Assembly: GCF_036365525.1 (NCBI RefSeq)
Contig: NW_027140861.1
Location: 186,001-250,000, forward strand
DNA from: Heterodontus francisci
Taxonomy: Eukaryota
Direction: 5' to 3'
Length of the DNA stretch: 64,000 bases
The notes beneath the pieces are model-generated. The model saw only the letters and a program-made list of their open reading frames with translations, did not search any database and was not told the origin of the DNA. The position numbers were made by a program, and so were the translations under genes. Positions within the stretch are counted from its first letter, which is position 1; each line of letters opens with the position of its first letter. Shown here in pieces: positions 1-11,200 of the stretch.

Positions 1-2836
1 AAACATCAACCCCACAGAGAGAGAAAGAAATCAGGGCATGAACCCCAAATCAACAACCCCACACAGAGAGAGACATCAGGGCATGAACCCCAAAACATCA
101 ACCCCACAGAGAGAGAAAGAAATCAGGGCATGAACCCCAAATCAACAACCCCACACAGAGAGAGACATCAGGGCATGAACCCCAAAACATCAACCTCACA
201 GAGAGAGAGAGAGACATCAGGGCATGAACCCTAAAACATCAACCTCACAGAGAGAGAGAGACATCTGGGCATGAACCCCAAATCAACAACCCCACAGAGA
301 GAGAGACATCAGGGCATGAACCCCAAAACATCAACCCCACAGAGAAAGAAAGAAATCAGGGCATGAACCCCAAAACATCAACCTCACAGAGAGAGAGAGA
401 CATCTGGGCATGAACCCCAAATCAACAACCCCACAGAGAGAGAGACATCAGGGCATGAACCCCAAAACATCAACCTCACAGAGAGAGAGAGAGACATCTG
501 GGCATGAACCCCAAATCAACAACCCCACAGAGAGAGAGACATCAGGGCATGAACCCCAAAACATCAACCCCACAGAGAGAGAAAGACATCAGGGCATGAA
601 CCCCAAAACATTAACCCCACAGAGAGAGAAAGACATCAGGGCATGAACGCTAAAACACCAACCGCACAGAGAGACACATCAGGGCATGAACCCCAAAACA
701 CCAACCCCACAAAGAGAGAGAGAGAAAGACATCAGGGCATGAACCCCGAAATACCAACCCCACAGAGAAAGAGAGACATCAGGGCATGAACCCCAAATCA
801 CCAACCCCACAGAGAAAGAGAGACATCAGGGCATGAACCCCAAAACATCAACCCCACAGAGAGAGAGACATCAGGGCATGAACCCCAAAACATCAACCCC
901 ACAGAGATAGAGACATCAGGGCATGAACCCCAAAACATCAACCCCACAGAGAGAGAGAGAGACATCAGGGCATGAACCCCAAAACAACAACCCCACAGAG
1001 AGAGAGAGAGAGAGAGATCAGGGCATGAACCCCAAAACATCAACCCCACAGAGAGAGAAAGACATCAGGGCATGAACGCTAAAACACCAACCGCACAGGG
1101 AGACACATCAGGGCATGAACCCCAAATCACCAAACCCATGAGAGAGAGAGACATCAGGGCATGAACCCCAAAACACCAACCCCACAAAGAGAGAGAGAGA
1201 AAGACATCAGGGCATGAACCCCAAAATACCAACCCCACAGAGAAAGAGAGACATCAGGGCATGAACCCCAAATCACCAACCCCACAGAGAAAGAGAGACA
1301 TCAGGGCATGAACCCCAAAACACCAACCCCACAGAGAGAGAAAGAGACATCAGGGCATGAACCCCAAAACATCAACCCCACAGCGAGAGACAGACATCAG
1401 GGCATGAACCCCAAAACATCAACCCCACAGAGAGAGAGAGAGAGACATCAGGGCATGAACCCCAAAACATCAACCCCACAGAGAGAGAGAGAGAGACATC
1501 AGGGCATGAACCACAAAACATCAACCCCACAGAGTGAGAGAGAGACATCAGGGCATGAACCCCAAAACATCAACCCCACAGAGAGAGAGAGAGAGACATC
1601 AGGGCATGAACCCTAAAACACCAACCCCAGAGAGAGAAAGAGAGACATCAGGGCATGAACCCCAAAACACCAACCCCACAGAGAGAGATAGACATCAGGG
1701 CATGAACCCCAAAACACCAACCCCACAGAGAGAGAGAGAGAGACATCAGGGCATGAACCCCAAAACATCAACCCCACAGAGAGAGAGAGAGACATCAGGG
1801 CATGAACCCCAAAACATCAACCCCACAGAGAGAGAGAGAGAGACATCAGGGCATGAACCCCAAAACATCAACCCCAGAGAGAGAAAGAGAGAGAGATCAG
1901 GGCATGAACCCCAAAACACCAACCCCACAGAGAGAGATAGACATCTGGGCATGAACCCCAAAACACCAACCCCACAGAGAGAGACATCAGGGCATGAACC
2001 TCAAAACATCAACCCCACAGAGAGAGAGAGAGACATCAGGGCATGAACCCCAAAACACCAACCCCACAGAGAGAGAGAGAGAGACATCAGGGCATGAACC
2101 CCAAAACATCAACCCCACAGAGAGAGAGAGAGAGAGACATCAGGGCATGAACCCCAAAACACCAACCCCACAGAGAGAGAGAGAGAGACATCAGGGAATG
2201 AACCCCAAAACATCAACCCCACAGAGAGAGAGAGAGAGACATCAGGGCATGAACCCCAAAACATCAACCCCAGAGAGAGAGAGAGACATCAGGGCATGAA
2301 CCCTAAAACATCAACCCCACAGAGAGAGAGAGACATCAGGGCATGAACCCCAAAACATCAACCCCACAGAGAGAGAGAGAGAGACATCAGGGCACGAACC
2401 CCAAAACATCAACCCCACACAGAGAGAGAGAGAGACATCAGGGCATGAACCCCAAAACACCAACCCCACAGAGAGAGAGAGAGAGAGAGACATCAGGGCA
2501 TGAACCCCAAAACATCGACCCCACAGAGAGAGAGAGAGAGACAGAGAGACATCAGGGCATGAACCCCAAAACATCAACCCCAGAGAGAGAGAGAGAGAGA
2601 GAGACATCAGGGCATGAACCCTAAAACATCAACCCCACAGAGAGAGAGAGAGAGAGAGACATCAGGGCATGAACCCCAAAACATCGACCCCACAGAGAGA
2701 GAGAGAGAGAGAGACATCAGGGCATGAACCCCAAAACACCAACCCCAGAGCGAGAGAGAGAGAGACATCAGGGCATGAACCTCAAAACACCAACCCCAGA
2801 GAGAGAGAGAGAGAGAGACATCAGGGCATGAACCCC
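1..2836. repeat. Compound minisatellite, ~48-60 bp unit GACATCAGGGCATGAACCCCAAAACA(T/C)CAACCCCACA(GA)n, roughly 50-55 copies, truncated by window start
   Basis: Tandem units directly visible; unit length varies with the embedded (GA)n tract. Confidence 0.97.
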
Positions 2837-2999
2837 AAATCCTCAACTGCGCGCACACACAGACACCCCATCTCCCACAGATATCAGAGCATAAAGCCTA
2901 AAACAGCAATGCCATACATATATAGAGAGTGACATCAGGGCAAGAAGCCCAAACACAAAACCCACAGTGACAGTATATGAACCCAAAGATGCATCCAAG

Positions 3000-5272
3000 C
3001 AACACAACATAGAGCCCATATGAATAAACACCAACACAACACAGAGCCCCTGTAAATAAACCCCAACACAACACAGAGCCCCTGGAAATAAACACCGACA
3101 CAACGCAACATAGAGGCCCTGTAAATAAACCCCAACACAACACAGAGCCCCTGGAAATAAACACCCACACAACACAACATAGAGCCCCTGTAAATAAACA
3201 CCAACACAACACAGAGCCCCTGGAAATAAACACCAACACAACACAGAGCCCCTATAAATAAACACCAACACAACACAGAGCCCCTGTAAATAAACACCAA
3301 CACAACACAGAGCCCCTGTAAATAAACCCCAATAAAACACAGAGCCCCTATAAATAAACCCCAACATAACACAGAGCCCCTGGAAATTAACATCAATACA
3401 ACACAGAGCCCCTGTAAATAAACACCAACACAACACAGAGCCCCTGAAAATAAATCCCAATAAAACACAGATCCCCTATAAATAAACACCAACACAAAAC
3501 AGAGCCCCTGGAAATAAACCCCAACACAACACAGAGCCCCTATAAATAAACCTCAGCACAACACAGAGCCCCTGTAATTATACCCCAACACAACACAGAG
3601 CCCCTATAAATAAACCCCAACATAACACATAGCCCCTGGAAATTAACACCAATGCAACACAGAGCCCCTGTAAATAAACACCAACACAACACAGAGCCCC
3701 TGGAAATAAACCCCAATAAAACACAGAGCCCCTATAAATAAACACCAACACAAAACAGAGCCCCTGGAAATAAACCCCAACACAACACAGAGCCCTTATA
3801 AATAAACCCCAGCACAACACAGAGCCCCTATAAATAAACCCCAACATAACACAGAGCCCCTGGAAATTAACACCAATACAACACAGAGCCCCTGTAAATA
3901 AACACCAACACAACACAGAGCCCCTGTAAATAAACACAACACAACACAGAGCCCCTGTAAATAAACACAACACAACACAGAGCCCCTGTAAATAAACACC
4001 AACACAACACAGAGCCCCTGTAAATAAACCCCAGCACAACACAGAGCCCCTATAAATAAACACCAACACAACACAGAGCCCCTGTAAATAAACACAACAC
4101 AACACAGAGCCCCTGTAAATAAACACCAACACAACACAGAGCCCCTGTAAATAAACCCCAGCACAACACAGAGCCCCTATAAATAAACACCAACACAAAA
4201 CAGAGCCCCTGTAAATAAACCCCAACACAACACAGAGCCCTTATAAATAAACCCCAGCACAACACAGAGCCCCTATAAATAAACCCCAACATAACACAGA
4301 GCCCCTGGAAATTAACACCAATACAACACAGAGCCCCTGTAAATAAACACCAACACAACACAGAGCCCCTGTAAATAAACACAACACAACACAGAGCCCC
4401 TGTAAATAAACACAACACAACACAGAGCCCCTGTAAATAAACACCAACACAACACAGAGCCCCTGTAAATAAACCCCAGCACAACACAGAGCCCCTATAA
4501 ATAAACACCAACACAACACAGAGCCCCTGTAAATAAACACAACACAACACAGAGCCCCTGTAAATAAACACCAACACAACACAGAGCCCCTGTAAATAAA
4601 CCCCAGCACAACACAGAGCCCCTATAAATAAACACCAACACAACACAGAGCCCCTGTAAATAAACCCCAGCACAACACAGAGCCCCTGTAAATAAACCCC
4701 AGCACAACACAGAGCCCCTGTAAATAAACCCCAGCACAACACAGAGCCCCTGTAAATAAACCCCAACACAACACAGAGCCCCTATAAATAAACCCCAGCA
4801 CAACACAGAGCCCCTATAAATAAACCCCAACATAACACAGAGCCCCTGGAAATAAACACCAACACAACACAGAGCCCCTGGAAATGAACACCAACACAAC
4901 ACAGAGCCCCTATAAATAAACACCAACACAACACAGAGCCCCTGGAAATGAACACCAACACAACACAGAGCCCCTATAAATAAACCCCAGCACAACACAG
5001 AGCCCCTATAAATAAACCCCAACATAACACAGAGCCCCTGGAAATAAACACCAACACAACACAGAGCCCCTGGAAATGAACACCAACACAACACAGAGCC
5101 CCTGTAAATAAACACCAACACAACACATGGTCCCTGTAACTAAACCTCAACACAACAGAGCATCCTGTAAATAAAACCCAACATAACTCAGAGCCTCTGT
5201 AAATAAACCAGTACACATCACAGAGGGCCTGTCAATAAACCCCAACACAACACAACACAATACAGAGCCCCT
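3000..5272. repeat. 32-bp minisatellite CACCAACACAACACAGAGCCCCTGTAAATAAA (~70 copies, some 30-bp variants)
   Basis: Tandem units visible; minus-strand ORFs repeat every 32 aa (3 units); identical ORFs at 3796 and 4241 show a 445-bp higher-order duplication. Confidence 0.97.
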
Positions 5273-5281
5273 GTTATCCAT

Positions 5282-5752
5282 AGGGGTGGATTTATGCTCC
5301 AGCTGAACAGAGCTTTGGCTAGAGCACATCTGGAGAGCTGTGTTTAGTTCTGAACACTGCACCTCTGGAATGATCTATTGGGCTTGGAGTGGGTACAGGG
5401 CAGATTGATTGGGTTCAGGACAAATTTCTTAGATTTGGCTCATATTCTCTCGAGTTTAGAAGATTAAAGGGTGAATTATTGAAGTGATTAAAATGTTACA
5501 AGAATTTGATAGAATAGATACAGCAAAACTACTTCCTGATTGGGGGAATGACGAATATGGGGATATAGTCTTCACATTGGAGCTATGCCGTTCAGGGGTG
5601 ATGTCAAGAAAGACTTCTTCACACAAAGGCCAGTGGAAATTTGGAAATCGCTCGATCAAAAGGCTCTGGATGCTGGGGATCAATTGGAGTTTTCAAAATG
5701 AGAGATATTTGTTCACTAAGGGTATCAAGGGATAATGGAGCAAAGCTGGGAA
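5282..5752 (+). mobile_element. CR1 LINE 3' fragment (decayed RT C-terminus)
   Basis: Decayed MLQLxRALxRxHLE..V.F and MIKMLQEFDRID...FFTQR motifs typical of the CR1 ORF2 end. Confidence 0.8.
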
Positions 5753-6400
5753 ACAACAAGAACTTGTATTTATATAGTGCCTGTGACATTACACAATATC
5801 CCAAAGTGCTTCACAGGGGCATTACAAAACAAAATATGACAGAGGGCCACATAAGGAGATATTAGAACAGCGGATCAAAAGCTTGGTTAAAGAGGTAGGT
5901 TTTCAGGTGTGTCTTAAAGGAGGAAAGTGAGTTAGAGAGGTGGAGAGGTGTAGGGAGGGAATTCCAGAGCCTGAGGCCTTGTCAATCAAAGGTAAGGGCA
6001 CCAATGGTGGAACGTTTAAAATCAGGGATGTTCCAGAGGCCAGAATTAGAGCAGTACAGATATCTCAGAGGGTTGTGGAACCGGAGGGTGTTACAGAGGT
6101 TGGAAGGGACGAGGCCATGGAGGGATTTGAAAATATGGATGAGAATTTTCAAATTGATATTTGTTTAACTGGGTGCGAGTGTAGGTCAGTGAGCACAGGG
6201 GTGATGGGTGAATGGGATTTGGTGCAAGTTAGGAAATGGGCAGCAAGGTTTTGGATGACCGCAAGGTTACAGAGGGTAGAATGTGAGAGGCAAGTCAGGA
6301 ATGTGTTAGAATAGTGACGTCTGAAAGTAACAAAGACATGGATGAGGTTTCAGCAGCAGAAGAGCTGAGAGAGGGTGATATTACAGAGGTGGAAATGGTA
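5753..6400 (-). mobile_element. L2-like LINE 3' fragment
   Basis: Starts with ACAACAAGAACTTGTATTTATATAGTGCC...CCCAAAGTGCTTCACA, the reverse complement of the shark L2/DeuSINE-type tail, followed by GGAGGGAATTCCAGAG-type L2 body. Confidence 0.7.
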
Positions 6401-6532
6401 AATGAAGTTGAGGTACAAATCAATTATGATCAAATACAAATGCTGTTGCTATCGTTCTCTCTCTCTATCTCCATTCTGCAGTCCCATGTCCCTCACTCCC
6501 CCTAAAGTCTCTCTCCATTCTCCAGTCCCAGT

Positions 6533-6703
6533 GCCCAGTCTAGCACTGAAACCCTCTCAGAGCCCATTACTCACTGACCAAGGGTTAATGCCCCAGTACC
6601 CAGCCTGGCACTGAGTCCTCTCAGAGCCCATTACCCACTGACCAAGGGTTAATGCCCCAGTACCCAGCCTGGCACTGAGACCCTCTCAGTCCCCATTACT
6701 CAC
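6533..6703. repeat. 64-bp tandem repeat (~2.6 copies) at the start of intron 1, including the splice-donor sequence
   Basis: CCAAGGGTTAATGCCCCAGTACCCAGCCTGGCACTGAG recurs at 6578 and 6642. Confidence 0.9.
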
Positions 6704-6752
6704 CTGCAGAGACTCCTCCACACAGGAGGACCAGTTCTATCACTCCAATCAT
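6704..6752 (-). CDS. Signal-peptide exon 1, probably of an MHC class I heavy-chain gene (shark UBA-like leader); rest of gene lies left of the window
   Basis: ATG at 6752 with A at -3; 49 nt = MIGVIELVLLCGGVSA + G; consensus phase-1 donor CAG|GTGAGT. The LLCGGVSA ending resembles shark class I leaders as I recall them. Class I-type promoter lies upstream. Confidence 0.72.
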
Positions 6753-6814
6753 TGTTGCTTCCCTCAACAGTCTGGGATGAACAGTTTGTGGGGAATCCTT
6801 TTCCCAACTACTGT

Positions 6815-7110
6815 CTCGGGCTCTGTGAGCTGTGTCCAGTTCAGACTGTGTGATTCCTCTGCCCCGTGTTCTGGGTCTGTGAGCTGTGTCCAGTTCAGAC
6901 TGTGTGATTTCTCTGCCCCGTGTTCTGGGTCTGTGAGCTGTGTCCAGTTCAGACTGTGTGATTCCTCTGCCCCGTGTTCTGGGTCTGTGAGCTGTGTCCA
7001 GTTCAGACTGTGTGATTTCTCTGCCCCGTGTTCTGGGTCTGTGAGCTGTGTCCAGTTCAGACTGTGTGATTCCTCTGCCCCGTGTTCTGGGTCTGTGAGC
7101 TGTGCCCAGT
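6815..7110. repeat. 54-bp tandem repeat (~5.3 copies) between promoter and ATG (putative 5' UTR VNTR)
   Basis: Unit CTGTGAGCTGTGTCCAGTTCAGACTGTGTGATT(C/T)CTCTGCCCCGTGTTCTGGGT; 18-aa periodicity in ORF 6696..7121. Confidence 0.96.
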
Positions 7111-7114
7111 GCTG

Positions 7115-7270
7115 ATTGCATTAAATCAGAAGATGTTGTTGGTTATTCAGACTGCTGCATACTGATTGGTTCGTTAGCATATTTGTGTCCAATCAGAATA
7201 AAACTACAGTAGTCTCTGGGCGAAAAAGATTTAGAAACCAGGAGCTGTGAATTGAAAAAGGGAAAGGTTT
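7115..7270 (-). promoter_or_regulatory. MHC class I-type promoter: IRF/ISRE-like site, X-like box, Y box, CCAAT box, TATA-like
   Basis: Minus-strand order: CTTTCCCTTTTTC (7254-7266), CCCAGAGACTACTG (7220-7207), CTGATTGG (7196-7189), 19 nt, CCAATCAG (7169-7162), TTTAAT (~7125-7120). Confidence 0.65.
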
Positions 7271-7399
7271 GCAGAGTGAGTCTACCTCCAAGGAAGACCA
7301 GTGACACTCCAATGTCAATAAGCAGGATGGAAAATCAGTGTGGAGTGAATATTGGAAACTGTAAGATAAACAATGGGTTAAGGGAGAAGGTAGCTGTAA

Positions 7400-8286
7400 A
7401 AGTAACCTAAAGGATACACAGGCAACATTAAAGGCTGCACCACAGACTAAGTCAACCCCAGATACAGGAAACCACAAATAGTGTCAACAGGAACTCGTGT
7501 TTGCTCAGGTTTAAAGTAGACATGTAGAAGTGTGGTGGAACGGCGAATGGTCCAGGAGGGGCTGGAAGATGCAACTGATTGAGATGTTCCTGCTGACAAG
7601 GGCAATACTGACTATCTTAGGGATGGACCCTGCTTAACTATTAGCACAGGCGGGTGGAGTAAGACAAGGAGCCCTGAAACATTCTCGAGCATCTTTAACA
7701 TTTATATCTTGGGAGTAGGGGTGACAGGAGGAGAAGGGAAGTGAGCACCAGCCATGACAGACCCCAGATTTAAATCCTTATTCCTTGTTTGATTATCTCC
7801 CATTCTAAAGGAGAAGGTGGGAGTGTCGGTCCACAAAGGATTGGACTGGGAACAAGCTATATAAGAGGTGACACCAGGTTGGGATCATCCAGCAGGTGAG
7901 TGAGTTTGAGCAGCGGAGACTCAGAAAAGGCAGGTCTCAGCTGTGGACGAGCCTTGTCCCACTAGGGACAGAGACTGGGACTGAGCCAGTCCACAAGCGA
8001 GCCACACACAGTCTGAACTACTCGTACTGTGATAAACCAGGTCATGTGGACAGGAATTGGAGATCTGGGAGAGAAAGGGGGTCCACACTTTGGACGAGCA
8101 CCCTAGGGAGGAGATGGAGGAGAAAGTGATCACATTCACTGCTTTGGACAACAGATTGAGTGATTAGAAACTCTGCTGAACATGGAGAAGATTACTGAGA
8201 GAGTGGCTGCAGCAAGCTGAGGGCCTCCCATTATCCTAAAGTCAAGATCAACAGAAGGAGGCATGGCCAACAGAGAATCCCAATAG
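7400..8286 (+). pseudogene. gag: Decayed ERV gag (lokiretrovirus-like)
   Basis: NLKDTQATLKAA..DTGNHK*CQQE coiled-coil-like part (~7404); capsid-like MTDPRFKSLFLV*LSPILKEKVG..LDWEQAI (7754); broken zinc knuckle (Y)SYCDKPGHVDRN(W) at 8019-8060; stops and frameshifts throughout. Confidence 0.8.
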
Positions 8287-11200
8287 AGAAGGAGAGGACT
8301 CCTCATAGTCAGGAGTGAGGGTCCAATGTGATGGGTTAGGGAGGAGGGAGTGGTCTCCCCACAGTTGAGAGTGAGGGTCCGATGTGATGGGTTAGAGAGG
8401 CGGGAGTGGTCTCCCCACAGTTGGAGTGAGGGTCCGATGTGATAGGTTGGGGAGGAGGGAGTGGGCTCTTCACAGTTGAGAGTGAGGGTCCAATATGATG
8501 GGTTAGGAAGGAGGGACTGGTCTTCCCACAGTTGAGAGTGAGGGTCCGATGTGATAGATTAGGGAGGAGGGAGTGGGCTCCCCACAGTTGAGAGTGAGGG
8601 TCCGATGTGATGGGTTAGGGAGGAGGGAGTGGTCTCCCCACAGTTGGAGTGAGGGTCCGATGTGATGGGTTAGGGAGGAGGGAGTGGTCTCCCCACAGTT
8701 GGAGTGAGTGTCCGATGTGATGGGTTAGGGAGGAGGGAGTGGGCTCCCTACAGTTGGAGTGAGGGTCCGATGTGATAGGTTAGGGAGGAGGGAGTGGGCT
8801 CCCTACAGTTGGAGTGAGGGTCCGATGTGATAGGTTAGGGAGGAGGGAGTGGTCTCCCCACTGTTGAGAGTGAGGGTCCACTGTGATGGGTTAGGGAGGA
8901 GGGAGTGGTCTCCCCACAGTTGGAGTGAGTGTCCGATGTGATCGGTTAGGGAGGAGGGAGTGGTCTCCCCACAGTTGGAGTGAGTGTCCGATGTGATGGG
9001 TTAGGGAGGAGGGAGTGGGCTCCCTACAGTTGGAGTGAGGGTCCGATGTGATAGGTTAGGGAGGAGGGAGTGGGCTCCCTACAGTTGGAGTGAGGGTCCG
9101 ATGTGATAGGTTAGGGAGGAGGGAGTGGTCTCCCCACTGTTGAGAGTGAGGGTCCACTGTGATGGGTTAGGGAGGAGGGAGTGGACTCCCCACAGTTGGA
9201 GTGAGTGTCCGATGTGATCGGTTAGGGAGGAGGGAGTGGTCTCCCCACAGTTGGAGTGAGGGTCCAATGTGATAGGTTAGGGAGGAGGGAGTGGGCTCCC
9301 TACAGTTGGAGTTAGGGTCCGATGTGATAGGTTAGGGAGGAGGGAGTGGGCTCCCTACAGTTGGAGTGAGGGTCCGATGTGATAGGTTAGGGAGGAGGGA
9401 GTGGGCTCCCTGCGGTTGGAGTGAGGGTCCAATATGATGGGTTAGGGAGGAGGGAGTGGTCTCCCCACAGTTGAGAGTGAGGGTCCGATGTGATAGGTTA
9501 GGGAGGAGGGAGTGGTCTCCCCACAGTTGAGAGTGAGGGTCCAATATGATGGGTTAGGGAGGAGGGAGTGGGCTCCCTACAGTTGGAGTGAGGGTCCGAT
9601 GTGATAGGTTAGGGAGGAGGGAGTGGGCTCCCTACAGTTGGAGTGAGGGTCCGATGTGATAGGTTAGGGAGGAGGGAGTGGGCTCCCTACAGTTGGAGTG
9701 ACGGTCCAATGTGATAGGTTAGGGAGGAGCGAGTGGGCTCCCTACAGTTGGAGTGAGGGTCCGATGTGATAGGTTAGGGAGGAGGGAGTGGGCTCCCCAC
9801 AGTTGAGAGTGAGGGTCCGATGTGATAGGTTAGGGAGGAGGGAGTGGTCTCCCCACAGTTGAGAGTGAGGGTCCAATGTGATGGGTTAGGGAGGAGGGAG
9901 TGGTCTCCCCACAGTTGAGAGTGAGGGTCCGATGTGATAGGTTAGGGAGGAGGGAGTGGTCTCCCCACAGTTGAGAGTGAGTGTCTAATGTGATGGGTTA
10001 GGGAGGAGGGAGTGGGCTCCCTACAGTTGGAGTGACGGTCCAATGTGATAGGTTAGGGAGGAGCGAGTGGGCTCCCTACAGTTGGAGTGAGGGTCCGATG
10101 TGATAGGTTAGGGAGGAGGGAGTGGGCTCCCCACAGTTGAGAGTGAGGGTCCGATGTGATAGGTTAGGGAGGAGGGAGTGGTCTCCCCACAGTTGAGAGT
10201 GAGGGTCCAATGTGATGGGTTAGGGAGGAGGGAGTGGTGTCCCCACAGTTGGAGTGAGGGTCCAATGTGATGGGTTAGGGAGGAGGGAGTGGTCTCCCCA
10301 CAGTTGAGAGTGAGGGTCCAATGTGATGGGTTAGGGAGGAGGGAGTGGTCTCCCCACAGTTGAGAGTGAGGGTCCAATGTGATGGGTTAGGGAGGAGGGA
10401 GTGGGCTCCCTACAGTCGGAGTGAGGGTCCGATGTGATAGGGTAGGGAGGAGGGTGTGGGCTCCCCACAGTTGCGAGTGAGGGTCCGATGTGATAGGTTA
10501 GGGAGGAGGGAGTGGTCTCCCTGCAGTTGGAGTGAGGGTCTGATGTGATAGGTTAGGGAGGTGGGAGTGGTCTCCCCACAGTTGAGAGTGAGGGTCCAAT
10601 GTGATGAGTTAGGGAGGAGGGAGTGGTCTCCCCACAGTTGGAGTGTGTCCGATGTGATCGGTTAGGGAGGAGGGAGTGGTCTCCCCACAGTTGGAGTGAG
10701 GGTCCGATGTGATAGGTTAGGGAGGAGGGAGTGGTCTCCCCACAGTTGGAGTGAGTGTCCGATGTGATCGGTTAGGGAGGAGGGAGTGGTCTCCCCACAG
10801 TTGAGAGTGAGGGTCCGATGTGATAGGTTAGGGAGGAGGGAGTGGTCTCCCCACAGTTGAGAGTGAGGGTCCAATGTGATGGGTTAGGGAGGAGGGAGTG
10901 GGCTCCCCACAGTTGAGAGTGAGGGTCCAATGTGATGGGTTAGGGAGGAGGGAGTGGTCTCCCCACAGTTGGAGTGAGGGTCCAATGTGATGTTAGGGAG
11001 GAAGGAGTGGTCTCCCCACAGTTGGAGTGAGTGTCCGATGTGATTGGTTAGGGAGGAGGGAGTGGTCTCCCCACAGTTGGAGTGAGGGTCCGATGTGATC
11101 GGTTAGGGAGGAGGGAGTGGTGTCCCCACAGTTGGAGTGAGGGTCCAATGTGATGGGTTAGGGAGGAGGGAGTGGTCTCCCCACAGTTGGAGTGAGGGTC

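Noticed and set aside
2843-5216. Hydrophobic Cys-rich membrane-protein-like ORFs
   Set aside because: Translations of the 32-bp repeat in all minus frames
6696-7121. 141-aa ORF as a complete gene
   Set aside because: Mostly 54-bp repeat; only the final leader segment looks coding, and the ORF reads through the splice donor
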